In this document: positions 25,311 to 35,693 of the stretch, in pieces
Layout: each line of letters opens with the position of its first letter
How positions within the stretch are numbered: position 1 is the stretch's first letter
DNA from: a virus
Taxonomy: Duplodnaviria > Caudoviricetes
Length of the DNA stretch: 55,675 nucleotides
Reading direction: 5' to 3' (one strand)
IMG/VR virus record: IMGVR_UViG_3300020204_000082
Location: 1 to 55,675 of that record
Translations under genes and position numbers: made by a program
The notes under the pieces: generated by a model
The model's input: the letters and a program-made list of their open reading frames with translations, nothing else
Told to the model about the DNA's origin: nothing
Databases searched by the model: none

Positions 25311-27173
25311 TTATGCCGTGGGTGGAGGTTGCCCGTTCCATGTCTCGGTATCATCATAGAACAAATTCTTTCGAATTTTTGGTTGTTGAATGTTGGGCGC
25401 AACCCCTTCGACTGGATCATGATTCTTGATTGGTTTGACATCTGTATCTGTCATATCAAACATCATCTGTCCTTCTAAATCCATAGTCCAATCACCATTT
25501 GAAAACTTATGCCCTTGCTTTAAAACGATAAAATAAACATTGTTTCTCGTTAACACTGTTGGTAGTCCTGTAAGTTTAAATACTTTTCCAAATAAATGAC
25601 CTGCATAACCATCAGCAGTAATCGTAACAGTCACCCCATATCTATATCCAACGACTTGGGGTATCTCAACATTGCATACTTTCTTTAAAATTTGAACACA
25701 ATCCAATAACTTACTTTCGTTCAGTTCTACAAATGATGCATACATAGTAGCCAACTCTGTTTTATCTCTTGAGACATTAGGTGGTGTGGGAGTACACCCA
25801 AAAACACCTTGAACCATCCCTTGATTTTTTCCACTATGCGCGGAAGATAATGCTATAGAAGCCATTTCAGAATCCATCGTTGATTGAACGCTTAAACTTC
25901 TTATTGTTGAATCAACGGCATGTGGATTAATTTCGGGGGCAGTAATTGATTTTATAGCACTTTTTCTATCAGTTATTTCATATCCATGATTCGAAGATTC
26001 GCCAGATTGACCATATGGTATCATTTGTAAGTTAATACATTCACCCAAACAGGAATTTATTTCATCCAAAACACGTTTAATAAATTGAATAAGTGTATTT
26101 TTGGTGGAATGTGGATTATCAGATTTATCTTCTATTAATTCTTTTTCTATTTTTTCTAATGTATCAAATGATATAAAATATTGCGGGAAAACCGCAGACC
26201 ATGTAAAATCTGCACCGGGAACGGCATAGGTAGCAGATTTATTAGGGCGGTTTTGATTTAAAACGGAAAGTGGGTTTGCTGATTTAATTTTTGCTGAAAC
26301 GGCATGTGCTAATTGAATATCTAATGTTATGCCTTGAAAACCTCTTTGTTTTGGTATATTTGCATTAATTGTTTCAATTAGTTTAGTTAAAGAAACATAA
26401 TGAACATCTTTAGTAGCACTCCAAAATAACCAACTACTGGTGTTTAAGATAAATTTTGCACGACCAAAGTCATCCCCGCCCGCCCCTTCCCCGTCGCCAA
26501 GAGGTACATTACTATAAACTTCCTGCGCAAAGGCCTTTAAATACCCCACTATAGATTGTGGGAATCGAGTAACCTTCCTCCCATCGGGTAAGACCTTTTC
26601 ATAAGCATACACTGTATTTGGGTTTAATAAGTTTAAATCAAATGCTGCTGACGATTGAATTGCAGAACCTGCAAAAGTAACCGAACAATCATAGTGTCCT
26701 TTTTCGTTCATTGAAAATTGAAAATCTACTATAACTCCATTTACAGTAACCGAGTTTGTATCACCCCCCGTTATCCAACCTAAAGTCAAACTGACATCAT
26801 TAAAATGTTGAAAAAATTTGGTATCAAGATTATTGAATTGGGAAGGACTATAACAAGTAAAATTAACTGTTGCTTTCCATAAATAACCATCGTAAATATC
26901 ATTTGCCCCATCGGACGACCAATCAACCGAAGTTAAAGACGGTGGTGGAACTAATCTTGGTCCAGATAAAATCCTTTCATATTTTAAATCGGTTACACCA
27001 GATTCAATGGTCACATCAGGGTTTTTTTCCTTAGAAGGGCAAAGGCCTGTACCCTTATAAGTAAATTTGGCATATGCCCGTCTTTCTGCAATAATTGAAG
27101 ATGCGGATTCACTAAGTCCTGTTTTAGTAAACACATCATCTGGTATAGCATTTTTTCCAAATTCAAAAGTCAT
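25311..27173 (-). CDS. Putative baseplate hub protein
   Basis: Follows the LysM-like gene; beta-rich, with C-terminal ..KQGHKFSNGDWTMDLEG resembling hub proteins. Confidence 0.45.
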   Translation of the reverse strand: MTFEFGKNAIPDDVFTKTGLSESASSIIAERRAYAKFTYKGTGLCPSKEKNPDVTIESGVTDLKYERILSGPRLVPPPSLTSVDWSSDGANDIYDGYLWKATVNFTCYSPSQFNNLDTKFFQHFNDVSLTLGWITGGDTNSVTVNGVIVDFQFSMNEKGHYDCSVTFAGSAIQSSAAFDLNLLNPNTVYAYEKVLPDGRKVTRFPQSIVGYLKAFAQEVYSNVPLGDGEGAGGDDFGRAKFILNTSSWLFWSATKDVHYVSLTKLIETINANIPKQRGFQGITLDIQLAHAVSAKIKSANPLSVLNQNRPNKSATYAVPGADFTWSAVFPQYFISFDTLEKIEKELIEDKSDNPHSTKNTLIQFIKRVLDEINSCLGECINLQMIPYGQSGESSNHGYEITDRKSAIKSITAPEINPHAVDSTIRSLSVQSTMDSEMASIALSSAHSGKNQGMVQGVFGCTPTPPNVSRDKTELATMYASFVELNESKLLDCVQILKKVCNVEIPQVVGYRYGVTVTITADGYAGHLFGKVFKLTGLPTVLTRNNVYFIVLKQGHKFSNGDWTMDLEGQMMFDMTDTDVKPIKNHDPVEGVAPNIQQPKIRKNLFYDDTETWNGQPPPTA

Positions 27174-27175
27174 GA

Positions 27176-27475
27176 CTAAAACTTATTTAATTTATTATAT
27201 TCATCAATTATTGGTCGTATATCAATTGGTATTCTTATTTGTTTCCCCACAGGTACTAAAAAGTCTCCTTTTCCAATATTGTTTGCTTCTGCAATTATCC
27301 ACCATAAAGTTGGGTCTTTGTAGTATGAGTATGCCAAATTATCCAATCTATCCGAATAAGAACCTATAATATATATATCGGATGATTTTTCTTTTATCAT
27401 TGGATATCTAAAAGTAGGATAGTATTTTTTTCCACTATCCCGTGATAATCTATTTGGTGTGTTATATCTATTCAT
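27176..27475 (-). CDS. LysM-like baseplate protein (P2 gpX/T4 gp53-like)
   Basis: DRLDNLAYSYYKDPTLWWIIAEAN...GKQIRIP. Confidence 0.8.
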   Translation of the reverse strand: MNRYNTPNRLSRDSGKKYYPTFRYPMIKEKSSDIYIIGSYSDRLDNLAYSYYKDPTLWWIIAEANNIGKGDFLVPVGKQIRIPIDIRPIIDEYNKLNKF

Positions 27476-27616
27476 ATTATCAGTTCCTCCTTTGGTTCTG
27501 CCCCCCTTGGTTCTTATTCACTTTTTTATTCGTTTTCCCCGTACCAGCTGCTGCAGCAGGAGCTGCTGTAGTAGAAGCAGCTGCAGCAGTTCCTACTGCG
27601 GTGTTATTGATTCCTT

Positions 27617-30600
27617 CTATGTTACATCTGCAGATGCAGCTGCTGCTTCCTTTTCTTCTTTGGTTAATTCATGATTGTAACTGTATACATTTGTTACTTC
27701 CATATTTGATTTGTGTAATTCATCATTTAATAGTTTTAATCCAATTGTAACATCTACTCCCATTGGAAGTTGATTTAAGAAAGAACCACTATTTAATCCA
27801 ATTTCCCAAGTAAATTCCTCGGGTACTGCGTATTGTAAAGATGAAATTAAAGCTGGGAATTCCTTATACATTGTACCTAATGTGAATTTTGTTATGTTTC
27901 CATAATAACCATTACCACTAATATAACTTGGCATTGTCATTTTTCCCAATGCTGATAATCTTTTCCACATTGGTATGAGTTCACCAACAGAATACGCGTA
28001 AACCCTAAATCCAAAGTTTAATTCTCGTAAAAATGTATCGTATAAATATGCGTTTTCTGCTCTTCCACTATACTTTACTTCCGTCCAAGTAGGTGTAAAT
28101 GTTTCACTTATTGAATTAACAGTTCCTCTGAATTGAATTCTTTGGGGTTTACCTTTTTCGGAATTTGTTTGAAAAATAAGTTTTATTAAATCGGGATCAT
28201 CAACAAACTTACTTTTATCATTTTCGGATTTTTTAAGCACCTCAGATCTTATTCCGATTGTTGTATCAGAGTTGCCAAGACCTACTCGAGTTACTATGTT
28301 AAACTTATTATAGTAATCTTTTCCATCTTCACCAAAATATGTTTTATGAATACCTTCTTTTAATTTTTTTATTTTATCTTTGTCTTTGTTATATTTGATT
28401 CTGAAATCGTTGTGGGAGGTTTTAGTTATAAAGGGATTACCATCCTCACCTTTACCATCTGCAAACTCTCGTATTTTACTATAGCTTATAACCTCTTCAC
28501 CGGGTATACCATTAATTGTTTTTAAGTTAGTGTAATCCGTACTTTGCCACAGTTGTTCATATCCAGATTGAGGAGCTTTGGGCGCATCATACGACATTGA
28601 AGCTAATCCAAGCTTTTTCCATTCATCGGCTGTATTTTCTTTATAAACACTACCAACATTACCTTTAGTAATATCAAAAAGGTTTCCGTAGGTATTTGTA
28701 ACTGTATCTGTATTATTAAATCCAAACGTAATAAATTTATCTTCTTTATCTAATATTGGTGAATACTTTTGATTAAAATGAGTATTTACATTACCTTTAT
28801 CATTTTTATATCTTGACTTTCCAAAATTATCTATTACAAGAAAACCGTCTGTAGAGGAAGTAATTTGAGTTATTTTATCTAAAAGTCCAAGATTTTTTAA
28901 CTCATCATCTGTTTTTATACTACCCCCAAGATTATTGGTCATAACACCAAACTCGTCTCCGTAGGTATTTTTACCTTTATCTTTATCCTCAAATCCAAAC
29001 GAAATAAATTTATCTTCTTTATCTAATATTGATGAATATTTTGATTTTTTCCAAGACTTTCCAAAATTATCTGTGTTAAGAAAATTAATACTCGAATTAC
29101 TTCCGGAAGTAATTTCAGTTATTTTATTTAAAAGTCCAAGATTTTTTAAATCATCATCTGTTTTTTTAGTACCCCCAAGATTATTGGTCATAACACCAAA
29201 CTCTTTTCCGTAGGTCTCTTCAAATGATTTTTCAGTATCTCTTGGTATTGCTTTTGTTTTTCCTTCGAAGAAAAACAAAAATTTTTTAGTTTTCTTTTCT
29301 TTAAAAATTGGATTGTATTTTTGATTAAATTGGGCTTTGAGATTTCCATATGTTTTTTCAGGATTACTGAATGTATTGGTTGAAGTAAAAGTACTTGATA
29401 TACCAATACCATACACACTTTCAGGTCCAAACAATTGTTGTTCTAATCGGACAGAAGAATCAAAATTACCCAATCCCTTAAAAATTCTAGTACTTTTTCT
29501 TAAATCTTCTAATTTATCTTTGTATTTTCCACGGCCGAGAGGAAAGGCTCTTTCGTAATTACCCACATCTATCCTATCAAATGGTAATAATCCATGCCTT
29601 TTTGGTTTTAATCCAAGATGTTGCCCACCCACAGCAATAAGTAAGTTTAGTGGCGTCCATAACTTATTATAGGTGTTTGTAAGCTGCATAAGAAACTGCA
29701 TTCCAGACCAAGCTATTCCTTTGGGTGATAATAAAAACTTACCTATTCTTGCAACATCTATCAATGCTCTTTCGGTTGATGTTAATACACCACCTCTGAT
29801 TAAATCAATACCCGTACTATCAAATTTAGGAGATTTACCATCAATAGATCCCCACTTTTGAGGTTCATTTTTACCTTTTCGTTGTATTCCCCGTAAAATA
29901 AAAGGTTGTCGTAGTCCCTGTAAACTAGAAGCTAAATCACCAAAAGCACCCGTAGAAGGTATTCTGAAAAATGAGAGGGATGGATTGAAAGAATCATCTT
30001 GCAAATTAAATTGACTATATACTTTTGTTAAGTATGATGGTGAGTTTTTTCTTATTAATAAATCACCAATACTTACATATTCTTTTTCGTATCGTTTACC
30101 ACCAGGCTGCCACTTTTGACTACCTAATTGATAATATTTTGCAGCAGAACCTTCTAATTTTATTTTATTTCCTGGCAAAAAAGAAAGTCCAAAATCACCA
30201 CTAAAAGTTACTTTAGGGGATTTGAATTTTTTCCCATCAGCACTAATACCTCTAAATTGTGATTTGGTTTTATCAACAAAGTTTTTTGTAAATCCTTTCG
30301 CATCATCGTTTGGAAAAAAGTTTACTAAACCCAATCTAGAGTTTTTTATTCTTTCTGTAAAAGTATTTTGTCTACTATTAATATCAACAAATTGTGATCG
30401 TGTTTGCTTCATTTTAGCAGTAAACCCTTTTGCATCTGTATTTGGTATGAAATCTACAATTTTTAAAGTTGGAGTTGTAAATTGTGGTGTAAATGTAAAA
30501 TTAGATGGGGTTGTAGCTGTAAATTGTGGTGTAAATGTAAAATTAGATGGGGTTGTAGCTGTAAATTGTGGTGTAAATGTAATTGGGGTTGGTGTTGTCT

Positions 30601-31135
30601 GCCCTTTAAACTTTTCCGTATCATCTACTTCATTTGGTGTTGTTTCACCCTTAAACTTTTCGGTACTATCTATCGGAGTTGGAGTTGTCTGCCCTAAAAA
30701 TTTAGATTCTAAACTCATCTTATTTGGCTCTGTCTCCCCCAAAAACTTTCCTTCTAATGTCATTGGTTTTGGTGAACTCAACGATGAAAAATTAAAAAGA
30801 GATTTTTCCATTCTGATTGTAAACCCGTCCGCATTAGTATTTGGAAAAAAATCAACACTACCCAATTTTGGGGTTGTAAATTGAGGAGAAAAATCAAACT
30901 TATTTGGGGTTGTTTCACCCTTAAACTTTTCGGTGTTATCAAATGACTTTGGTATTACTACACTTTTTACAGGTGTTTCTTTGAGGGGGGTTGGTGATGT
31001 TATTCTATTTGATAAATCAGAAATGGGTGTAAGATTACTCTTACGGTTTATTTCAACCGATTGGTTTTCTAATGTAGATTTTTCAAATGATTTTCTGAAC
31101 TTTGATAAATCTGATTTTAAATCTGTCAATGCCAT
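27617..31135 (-). CDS. Large repeat-containing tail/baseplate protein with a C-terminal tube-initiator-like domain
   Basis: C-terminal IQFRGTVNSISETFTPTW...YSGRAEN.Y.Y..F.REL.F.F; lies between the tape measure and LysM genes. Confidence 0.55.
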   Translation of the reverse strand: MALTDLKSDLSKFRKSFEKSTLENQSVEINRKSNLTPISDLSNRITSPTPLKETPVKSVVIPKSFDNTEKFKGETTPNKFDFSPQFTTPKLGSVDFFPNTNADGFTIRMEKSLFNFSSLSSPKPMTLEGKFLGETEPNKMSLESKFLGQTTPTPIDSTEKFKGETTPNEVDDTEKFKGQTTPTPITFTPQFTATTPSNFTFTPQFTATTPSNFTFTPQFTTPTLKIVDFIPNTDAKGFTAKMKQTRSQFVDINSRQNTFTERIKNSRLGLVNFFPNDDAKGFTKNFVDKTKSQFRGISADGKKFKSPKVTFSGDFGLSFLPGNKIKLEGSAAKYYQLGSQKWQPGGKRYEKEYVSIGDLLIRKNSPSYLTKVYSQFNLQDDSFNPSLSFFRIPSTGAFGDLASSLQGLRQPFILRGIQRKGKNEPQKWGSIDGKSPKFDSTGIDLIRGGVLTSTERALIDVARIGKFLLSPKGIAWSGMQFLMQLTNTYNKLWTPLNLLIAVGGQHLGLKPKRHGLLPFDRIDVGNYERAFPLGRGKYKDKLEDLRKSTRIFKGLGNFDSSVRLEQQLFGPESVYGIGISSTFTSTNTFSNPEKTYGNLKAQFNQKYNPIFKEKKTKKFLFFFEGKTKAIPRDTEKSFEETYGKEFGVMTNNLGGTKKTDDDLKNLGLLNKITEITSGSNSSINFLNTDNFGKSWKKSKYSSILDKEDKFISFGFEDKDKGKNTYGDEFGVMTNNLGGSIKTDDELKNLGLLDKITQITSSTDGFLVIDNFGKSRYKNDKGNVNTHFNQKYSPILDKEDKFITFGFNNTDTVTNTYGNLFDITKGNVGSVYKENTADEWKKLGLASMSYDAPKAPQSGYEQLWQSTDYTNLKTINGIPGEEVISYSKIREFADGKGEDGNPFITKTSHNDFRIKYNKDKDKIKKLKEGIHKTYFGEDGKDYYNKFNIVTRVGLGNSDTTIGIRSEVLKKSENDKSKFVDDPDLIKLIFQTNSEKGKPQRIQFRGTVNSISETFTPTWTEVKYSGRAENAYLYDTFLRELNFGFRVYAYSVGELIPMWKRLSALGKMTMPSYISGNGYYGNITKFTLGTMYKEFPALISSLQYAVPEEFTWEIGLNSGSFLNQLPMGVDVTIGLKLLNDELHKSNMEVTNVYSYNHELTKEEKEAAAASADVT
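28725..29215. repeat. Internal duplication of about 250 bp in the 1172-aa gene
   Basis: FGVMTNNLGG..KTDD.LKNLGLL.KIT.ITS and ILDKEDKFI.FGF each occur twice. Confidence 0.85.
30477..30582. repeat. 42-bp tandem repeat, about 2.5 copies (FTPQFTATTPSNFT)
   Basis: gtaaattgtggtgtaaatgtaaaattagatggggttgtagct repeated. Confidence 0.9.
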
Positions 31136-31167
31136 TATTTATCCCAAATTACTTGTTTACATAACTA

Positions 31168-33348
31168 TTAATTCTTGTTTGTATAACTATTAATTGCTCT
31201 AGATCCTCTATTTATTTTACCAACGATGCTATTGTCTAATACCACATTGATTGGTTGTTCTCTAATATCTTTCCCTAAATTCTCAATTGCGGTTATTAAC
31301 GGATCTTTTTTCTTTGTATCAGATGATGTAGTTTCAGATGATTCGGATGAATCTCCACCATAACCCAATGCGTTTGCTATTAAAGCAACACCAGCACCCA
31401 ATGCAACCAAAGCCTCTAATACTGGTACAACAGGAGCTAAAACTCCTAGTCCAAGTGCAAATGCCGCCACTCCTAATCCAAGTGGTATTAATGCCAATCC
31501 AAATAATGCAAGTCCACCCGCCATTCCAACTAATGGTGTAAATATATCTGAGAATTGGGAAAAAATTTCAAGAGATTTTGCTATAGATTGTAAACCAGCA
31601 CCCAAAACTATTAACGCTGCGCCCAGTAATAGAAATCCAACTACACCTGCTCCAAAAATAGCCGCGCCTGGTCCAGAAATTAATGCACCTAATCCAAACA
31701 TAGCAGCTGTAAAAACAGCTAGGGCGATGACAGCATTCAGCATCCCCCCCAATACCTTATCACCGGTAAACAATTCAATTGCTTTACCCAAAACATATAA
31801 TGCTGCTGCCATAATTAACATCGCTGCCGCACCTTTTATTAAACTTGTTGCATTAATACCACCCATAGGATTAGGAGGACCTGGCGGTCCAGGTGGTGTT
31901 GGTGGTGGTGTTGGTGGTGCTGGTGCTGACGCTCCTTTAAAGGGGTTTAATTTTTTAAAAAACTCACCTACTTTTGATGTATCAACTCCCATATTTTTTA
32001 AAAATGTTGATGATTGTGCAAGAAGTGGTATTGCACCAGCGATAAAGGTTTTAGCTCCGCCAAAACCTTCTTTTAGTTTGGCAACCGTTTCAGCACCCTC
32101 TTCACCATATTTTTCGACATTTTTTCTTAATTCTTCTTGTTTAAGAAGCATATCGGTGATTTCATCAGTTGTCATATGGAGTTGGGCTGCATACATTTTT
32201 TGAATTCCAGGTGCCATCTTACCAAACTTTTCAGAAGAACCAACTTGCTCTGCTATCACTTTGGCAAACTCTTCAGCACTTGCACCACCATATTCGTATG
32301 CCATTGCGACTTCTCTTATTTTTTGCATATCTACATCAACCCCAAATAATCTGGCTTTATTTTGAGCAGCAATACTGCTTTCTATATCCAATACACCTTC
32401 AGTAACATTCGCCAAATGTTCTTTAGTAACACCAAGTTTTATCATTGCAGCCGTTTGCTTTGCTATTATTTTAAGTTCTTTTTCAGATTTACCAAGTAAT
32501 TTTCCGGCTTGCGCATCCATTTCTTTAAATACAGCCGATGCGGTAACTCCTGATTTGTTGGCTATATCTTTTATACTATCTGTAATATCTGCGGCGTTAT
32601 CATTAACACCATTTAATATAGTATTCATCCTTACAGCACCCGCGCCATCACCCATTAAAGCACTTAATTCAGTAACATTTTTTACTGTATCAGATGTAAT
32701 TGAGGCCGTACTATTAAAATAGGTCGCTATATCGTTGGCGGATTCAGCCACAGATTCACTACCATAAATAAGCCCAGTCATAGAAAAAGTTGCTTTTCCA
32801 ACTTCCATACCAACCCTAGCGGATTCTTTTACACTCGCTCCAAAAGTTTTATACATTTCTTTAGCTTGGCCAACTGTTGATTCAAATGCCGATGTAAGCA
32901 TTTCAGCACCTTTTTTAGCTGCAAGCATCCCAAGACCAAATGCTACTCCATTTTTAAACATTTCTTTGGATAACCCAACACTGTATAAAAGACTTTCTGT
33001 CGTATCCTCAAGCAATTGTTTTATTTCAGCAGTTTTATCAGCACGTTTTTTTTCGGTTTTTAAAAGTTCTTCAGCGTATTCTAATTCCGTTAATAATAAC
33101 TGCGCCTGTTGTCCTGATAAATTTAGTTCACCTTGTAATAGTTTTTGTTTTGTTTTAAGAATTTCTTCTAGTTTATTTTCAACCCCCGTTTGAGATATCA
33201 ATGTGTCTCTCAATTTTTCTGCCTCTTCAAGAGCTCTTGAACCAGCCTGAAGTCTACTTGTTAATGCATCTGCAATATTGTTCTGAAGTTGCTCTTCAGT
33301 TACTAATGCATTTATTCGCTCTTGAGTATCTCTGTTTCTGTTGGCCAT
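31168..33348 (-). CDS. Tape measure protein
   Basis: Helical, Ala/Gly-rich, with long hydrophobic C-terminal stretches; downstream of tube and chaperone genes. Confidence 0.75.
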   Translation of the reverse strand: MANRNRDTQERINALVTEEQLQNNIADALTSRLQAGSRALEEAEKLRDTLISQTGVENKLEEILKTKQKLLQGELNLSGQQAQLLLTELEYAEELLKTEKKRADKTAEIKQLLEDTTESLLYSVGLSKEMFKNGVAFGLGMLAAKKGAEMLTSAFESTVGQAKEMYKTFGASVKESARVGMEVGKATFSMTGLIYGSESVAESANDIATYFNSTASITSDTVKNVTELSALMGDGAGAVRMNTILNGVNDNAADITDSIKDIANKSGVTASAVFKEMDAQAGKLLGKSEKELKIIAKQTAAMIKLGVTKEHLANVTEGVLDIESSIAAQNKARLFGVDVDMQKIREVAMAYEYGGASAEEFAKVIAEQVGSSEKFGKMAPGIQKMYAAQLHMTTDEITDMLLKQEELRKNVEKYGEEGAETVAKLKEGFGGAKTFIAGAIPLLAQSSTFLKNMGVDTSKVGEFFKKLNPFKGASAPAPPTPPPTPPGPPGPPNPMGGINATSLIKGAAAMLIMAAALYVLGKAIELFTGDKVLGGMLNAVIALAVFTAAMFGLGALISGPGAAIFGAGVVGFLLLGAALIVLGAGLQSIAKSLEIFSQFSDIFTPLVGMAGGLALFGLALIPLGLGVAAFALGLGVLAPVVPVLEALVALGAGVALIANALGYGGDSSESSETTSSDTKKKDPLITAIENLGKDIREQPINVVLDNSIVGKINRGSRAINSYTNKN

Positions 33349-33361
33349 TTATTGATATTTT

Positions 33362-33592
33362 TTATTTTCCCCTAAAAGCGGGTAAATCATCGAAAGTATA
33401 ATTTTTACCCCAGTCAATCGGTTTAATATTATATCTTTTCAGTATGGCCTGATATCCGGGATCATTTGTTATTCTTTCTAATTCCCGTTCTTTTTTCTTT
33501 CTAATAAGAAATTTAATAAAATCGGTTATGATGTTTTCACTTAGCCCATGCTTTTTGAACACTTCTCTAAGTTTAGATACTTTTATTTTCAT
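33362..33592 (-). CDS. Small hypothetical late protein
   Basis: Likely ATG at 33592 (MKIKVSKLRE), downstream of the late motif at 33614-33621. Confidence 0.6.
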   Translation of the reverse strand: MKIKVSKLREVFKKHGLSENIITDFIKFLIRKKKERELERITNDPGYQAILKRYNIKPIDWGKNYTFDDLPAFRGK

Positions 33593-33626
33593 AGTTATTC
33601 CTAATTTATATAATATAAATATAGAA

Positions 33627-33650
33627 ATACCCAATATTCCTATTGGGTAT
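33627..33650 (-). terminator. Hairpin/terminator after the chaperone genes
   Basis: ATACCCAATA-ttcc-TATTGGGTAT, perfect 10-bp stem. Confidence 0.55.
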
Positions 33651-33654
33651 CTCA

Positions 33655-33875
33655 TTATCTTCTTCTTGTTTGTGATTTTATTCTTGCAGCCTCTTTATCG
33701 TGTGCCTTTTTTTCTGCATTCTTAAACTCAATAATTTTGGTTATGTAAAAGGTTCTCATCCACACCGGCATATTATATACATCAGACCAGGTAAATCCAC
33801 CATTCCCGTGAAATATCAAATCAAAGATTTGGGAATGTAATAACTTTCTATACTCAGGTTGATGGCCAAAAAAAG
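33655..33875 (-). CDS. Tail assembly chaperone frameshift extension (gpGT-like/T4 gp51-like)
   Basis: Frame overlaps the upstream gene end at CC-TTT-TTT-T-GG; product GHQPEYRKLLHSQIFDLIFHGNGGFTWSDVYNMPVWMRTFY. Confidence 0.65.
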
Positions 33876-34726
33876 GAAACATCCATAGGTAGACTGATTT
33901 CCCTCCTCTCCCCGGTTTCATCGGAAATAAACTCATACATCAAGTTTATATCAGGTGTTACCTCATTTATATATTTTCGTAACTCTTTTGAATCTCTTGC
34001 AAATAGTTCATTATCTACAAAGTGATTTATTTTTTGTTGGTTGTATTCCCCATCAACTGAAATAATTATATTTTTTAATCTTGTTGTTAATTCCCGCGAA
34101 ACATCATCCTTTAATTTTTTATTAACTTTCTTTACTTCTTCCAAATCGTATTTTATTTTTCTATCTTTTGATTCGGTAAGTGCCATAAAAGTAATCTTAC
34201 GTTTTGAAGCCGGTAATTCAAACTCAAATTCGTTTTTGTTTAATTCCACCTGAGCCGAACCATCATATTCTTTATTTTCAAATTGAGTTAAATCAATATT
34301 CTCTTTTTGCTTTTTCCCCGAAAACGGGTCGGTAATCTCAACCTCATAATCTTTACCATAACCTAAAATACGACTTGCAATCATTATTGCGTTTTTATCA
34401 CCTACCGATAAATCAACATATTTAATAGGTTCACCATTACCATTTGATACAATAAGCGATTGAAATAACTTATCCAATACCGAACCATCTTTAATATAAG
34501 ATTGGGTTGTTAAAATATCTTCTTCTTTTGCAGTCATATATTTTAATTCCACCTTACCTGATGATAGTGGGTTATCTTTGGTGTAAATTAACCCTTTAGA
34601 TGGTAATTCTATAATTTCGGTTGGAAAGTTGTTCTCTTTTAGTTTTTGGGTTTCGTAGGCCTGTTTAATACTTTCTACAACCTCTTTATTACTTTGTTGA
34701 TAATCATCCGTTAGATTTTGGCTCAT
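33854..34726 (-). CDS. Tail/baseplate hub assembly chaperone (T4 gp26-like)
   Basis: IELPSKG..Y, KYMTAKEEDIL, ASRILGYG, FELPAS, ends in FFWP; between tube and tape measure. Confidence 0.75.
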   Translation of the reverse strand: MSQNLTDDYQQSNKEVVESIKQAYETQKLKENNFPTEIIELPSKGLIYTKDNPLSSGKVELKYMTAKEEDILTTQSYIKDGSVLDKLFQSLIVSNGNGEPIKYVDLSVGDKNAIMIASRILGYGKDYEVEITDPFSGKKQKENIDLTQFENKEYDGSAQVELNKNEFEFELPASKRKITFMALTESKDRKIKYDLEEVKKVNKKLKDDVSRELTTRLKNIIISVDGEYNQQKINHFVDNELFARDSKELRKYINEVTPDINLMYEFISDETGERREISLPMDVSFFWPST

Positions 34727-34772
34727 AACTTTTCTCCTTTATATATAAATACAAAATTAAGATATTTTTAAT

Positions 34773-35576
34773 TTAAAGATTGTAACTTGGGTGCAATTTC
34801 ATATGACAGCTTTTACAAAGAGTAATTCCATCAACATTTTCTACAGTATGATATTCTATTATTTTATCAACAATTAATTTTTTTTCTTCAAATGTATAGT
34901 TTTTATTTTTATCTACAAATTTTGAAAGTATTACTGACATAGTTTCATTATTATGATGTACCTCCAGTGTATCAGTGCCACCACACTCTTTACATTTAAA
35001 TTTATCTCTTTTAAGTATTTCATACTTCCAATTTTTATATAATCTATCATCGGAACGAACCAATACATTTATTGTACTAGTACCACCCTTCCAATTACCA
35101 TGATTTTTACCCTGCATCATTTCACCACTTATTTTACCACATGCCCATAATTCCTTCATCATTTTAGAATATTTAACTTGCCTATCTGTATCATTGTGAA
35201 ATGCTATTGCCGTTTTTAAAGCGTTATCATAAACTCTATTATCGGTTTCTTTTGTAAGACCACAATTCCATACCTTTCTTTCACCATTTTGAAATTGAGT
35301 TCTTCTTGTATTTGTAGAATTTTTTACTGCTGTTGGATTATGCCCCCAATTATTGTGAACTCGGGAATAATGTCCTTTGGCAAAATCTCTAAATTTGTTA
35401 TTAAACCATTTTACCTCTGTACCACAACCACACTTACATAATGGTGTAATTCCACCCAAATAAGTTTCAATATAAAGTTGTGCGGCATTTATTTTATGGG
35501 TTTTTTGAGCATGTACTTTAAAAGATATATAATTATTAAACTCTTTATTACATTTATTACATTTATAGTTTTCCAT
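34773..35576 (-). CDS. Free-standing HNH homing endonuclease with zinc-finger and NUMOD-like domains
   Basis: CNKC..H...H, CKCGCG, NHGNWKGG, ILKRDKFKCKECG...LEVHH...GITLCKSCH..LH. Confidence 0.85.
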   Translation of the reverse strand: MENYKCNKCNKEFNNYISFKVHAQKTHKINAAQLYIETYLGGITPLCKCGCGTEVKWFNNKFRDFAKGHYSRVHNNWGHNPTAVKNSTNTRRTQFQNGERKVWNCGLTKETDNRVYDNALKTAIAFHNDTDRQVKYSKMMKELWACGKISGEMMQGKNHGNWKGGTSTINVLVRSDDRLYKNWKYEILKRDKFKCKECGGTDTLEVHHNNETMSVILSKFVDKNKNYTFEEKKLIVDKIIEYHTVENVDGITLCKSCHMKLHPSYNL

Positions 35577-35623
35577 ATCAATAAATATATACGATTAAGC
35601 ATTTTTGTATTTCATGCTCATAT

Positions 35624-35652
35624 AAACAAAAACCCCCCAAAATTGGGGGGTT
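35624..35652 (-). terminator. Rho-independent terminator after the tail tube gene
   Basis: Sense AACCCCCC-AATTTT-GGGGGGTT followed by TTTGTTT. Confidence 0.8.
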
Positions 35653-35693
35653 CACATTTTTCAATTTATATTTTTTACAATCCGAAAAATTAA

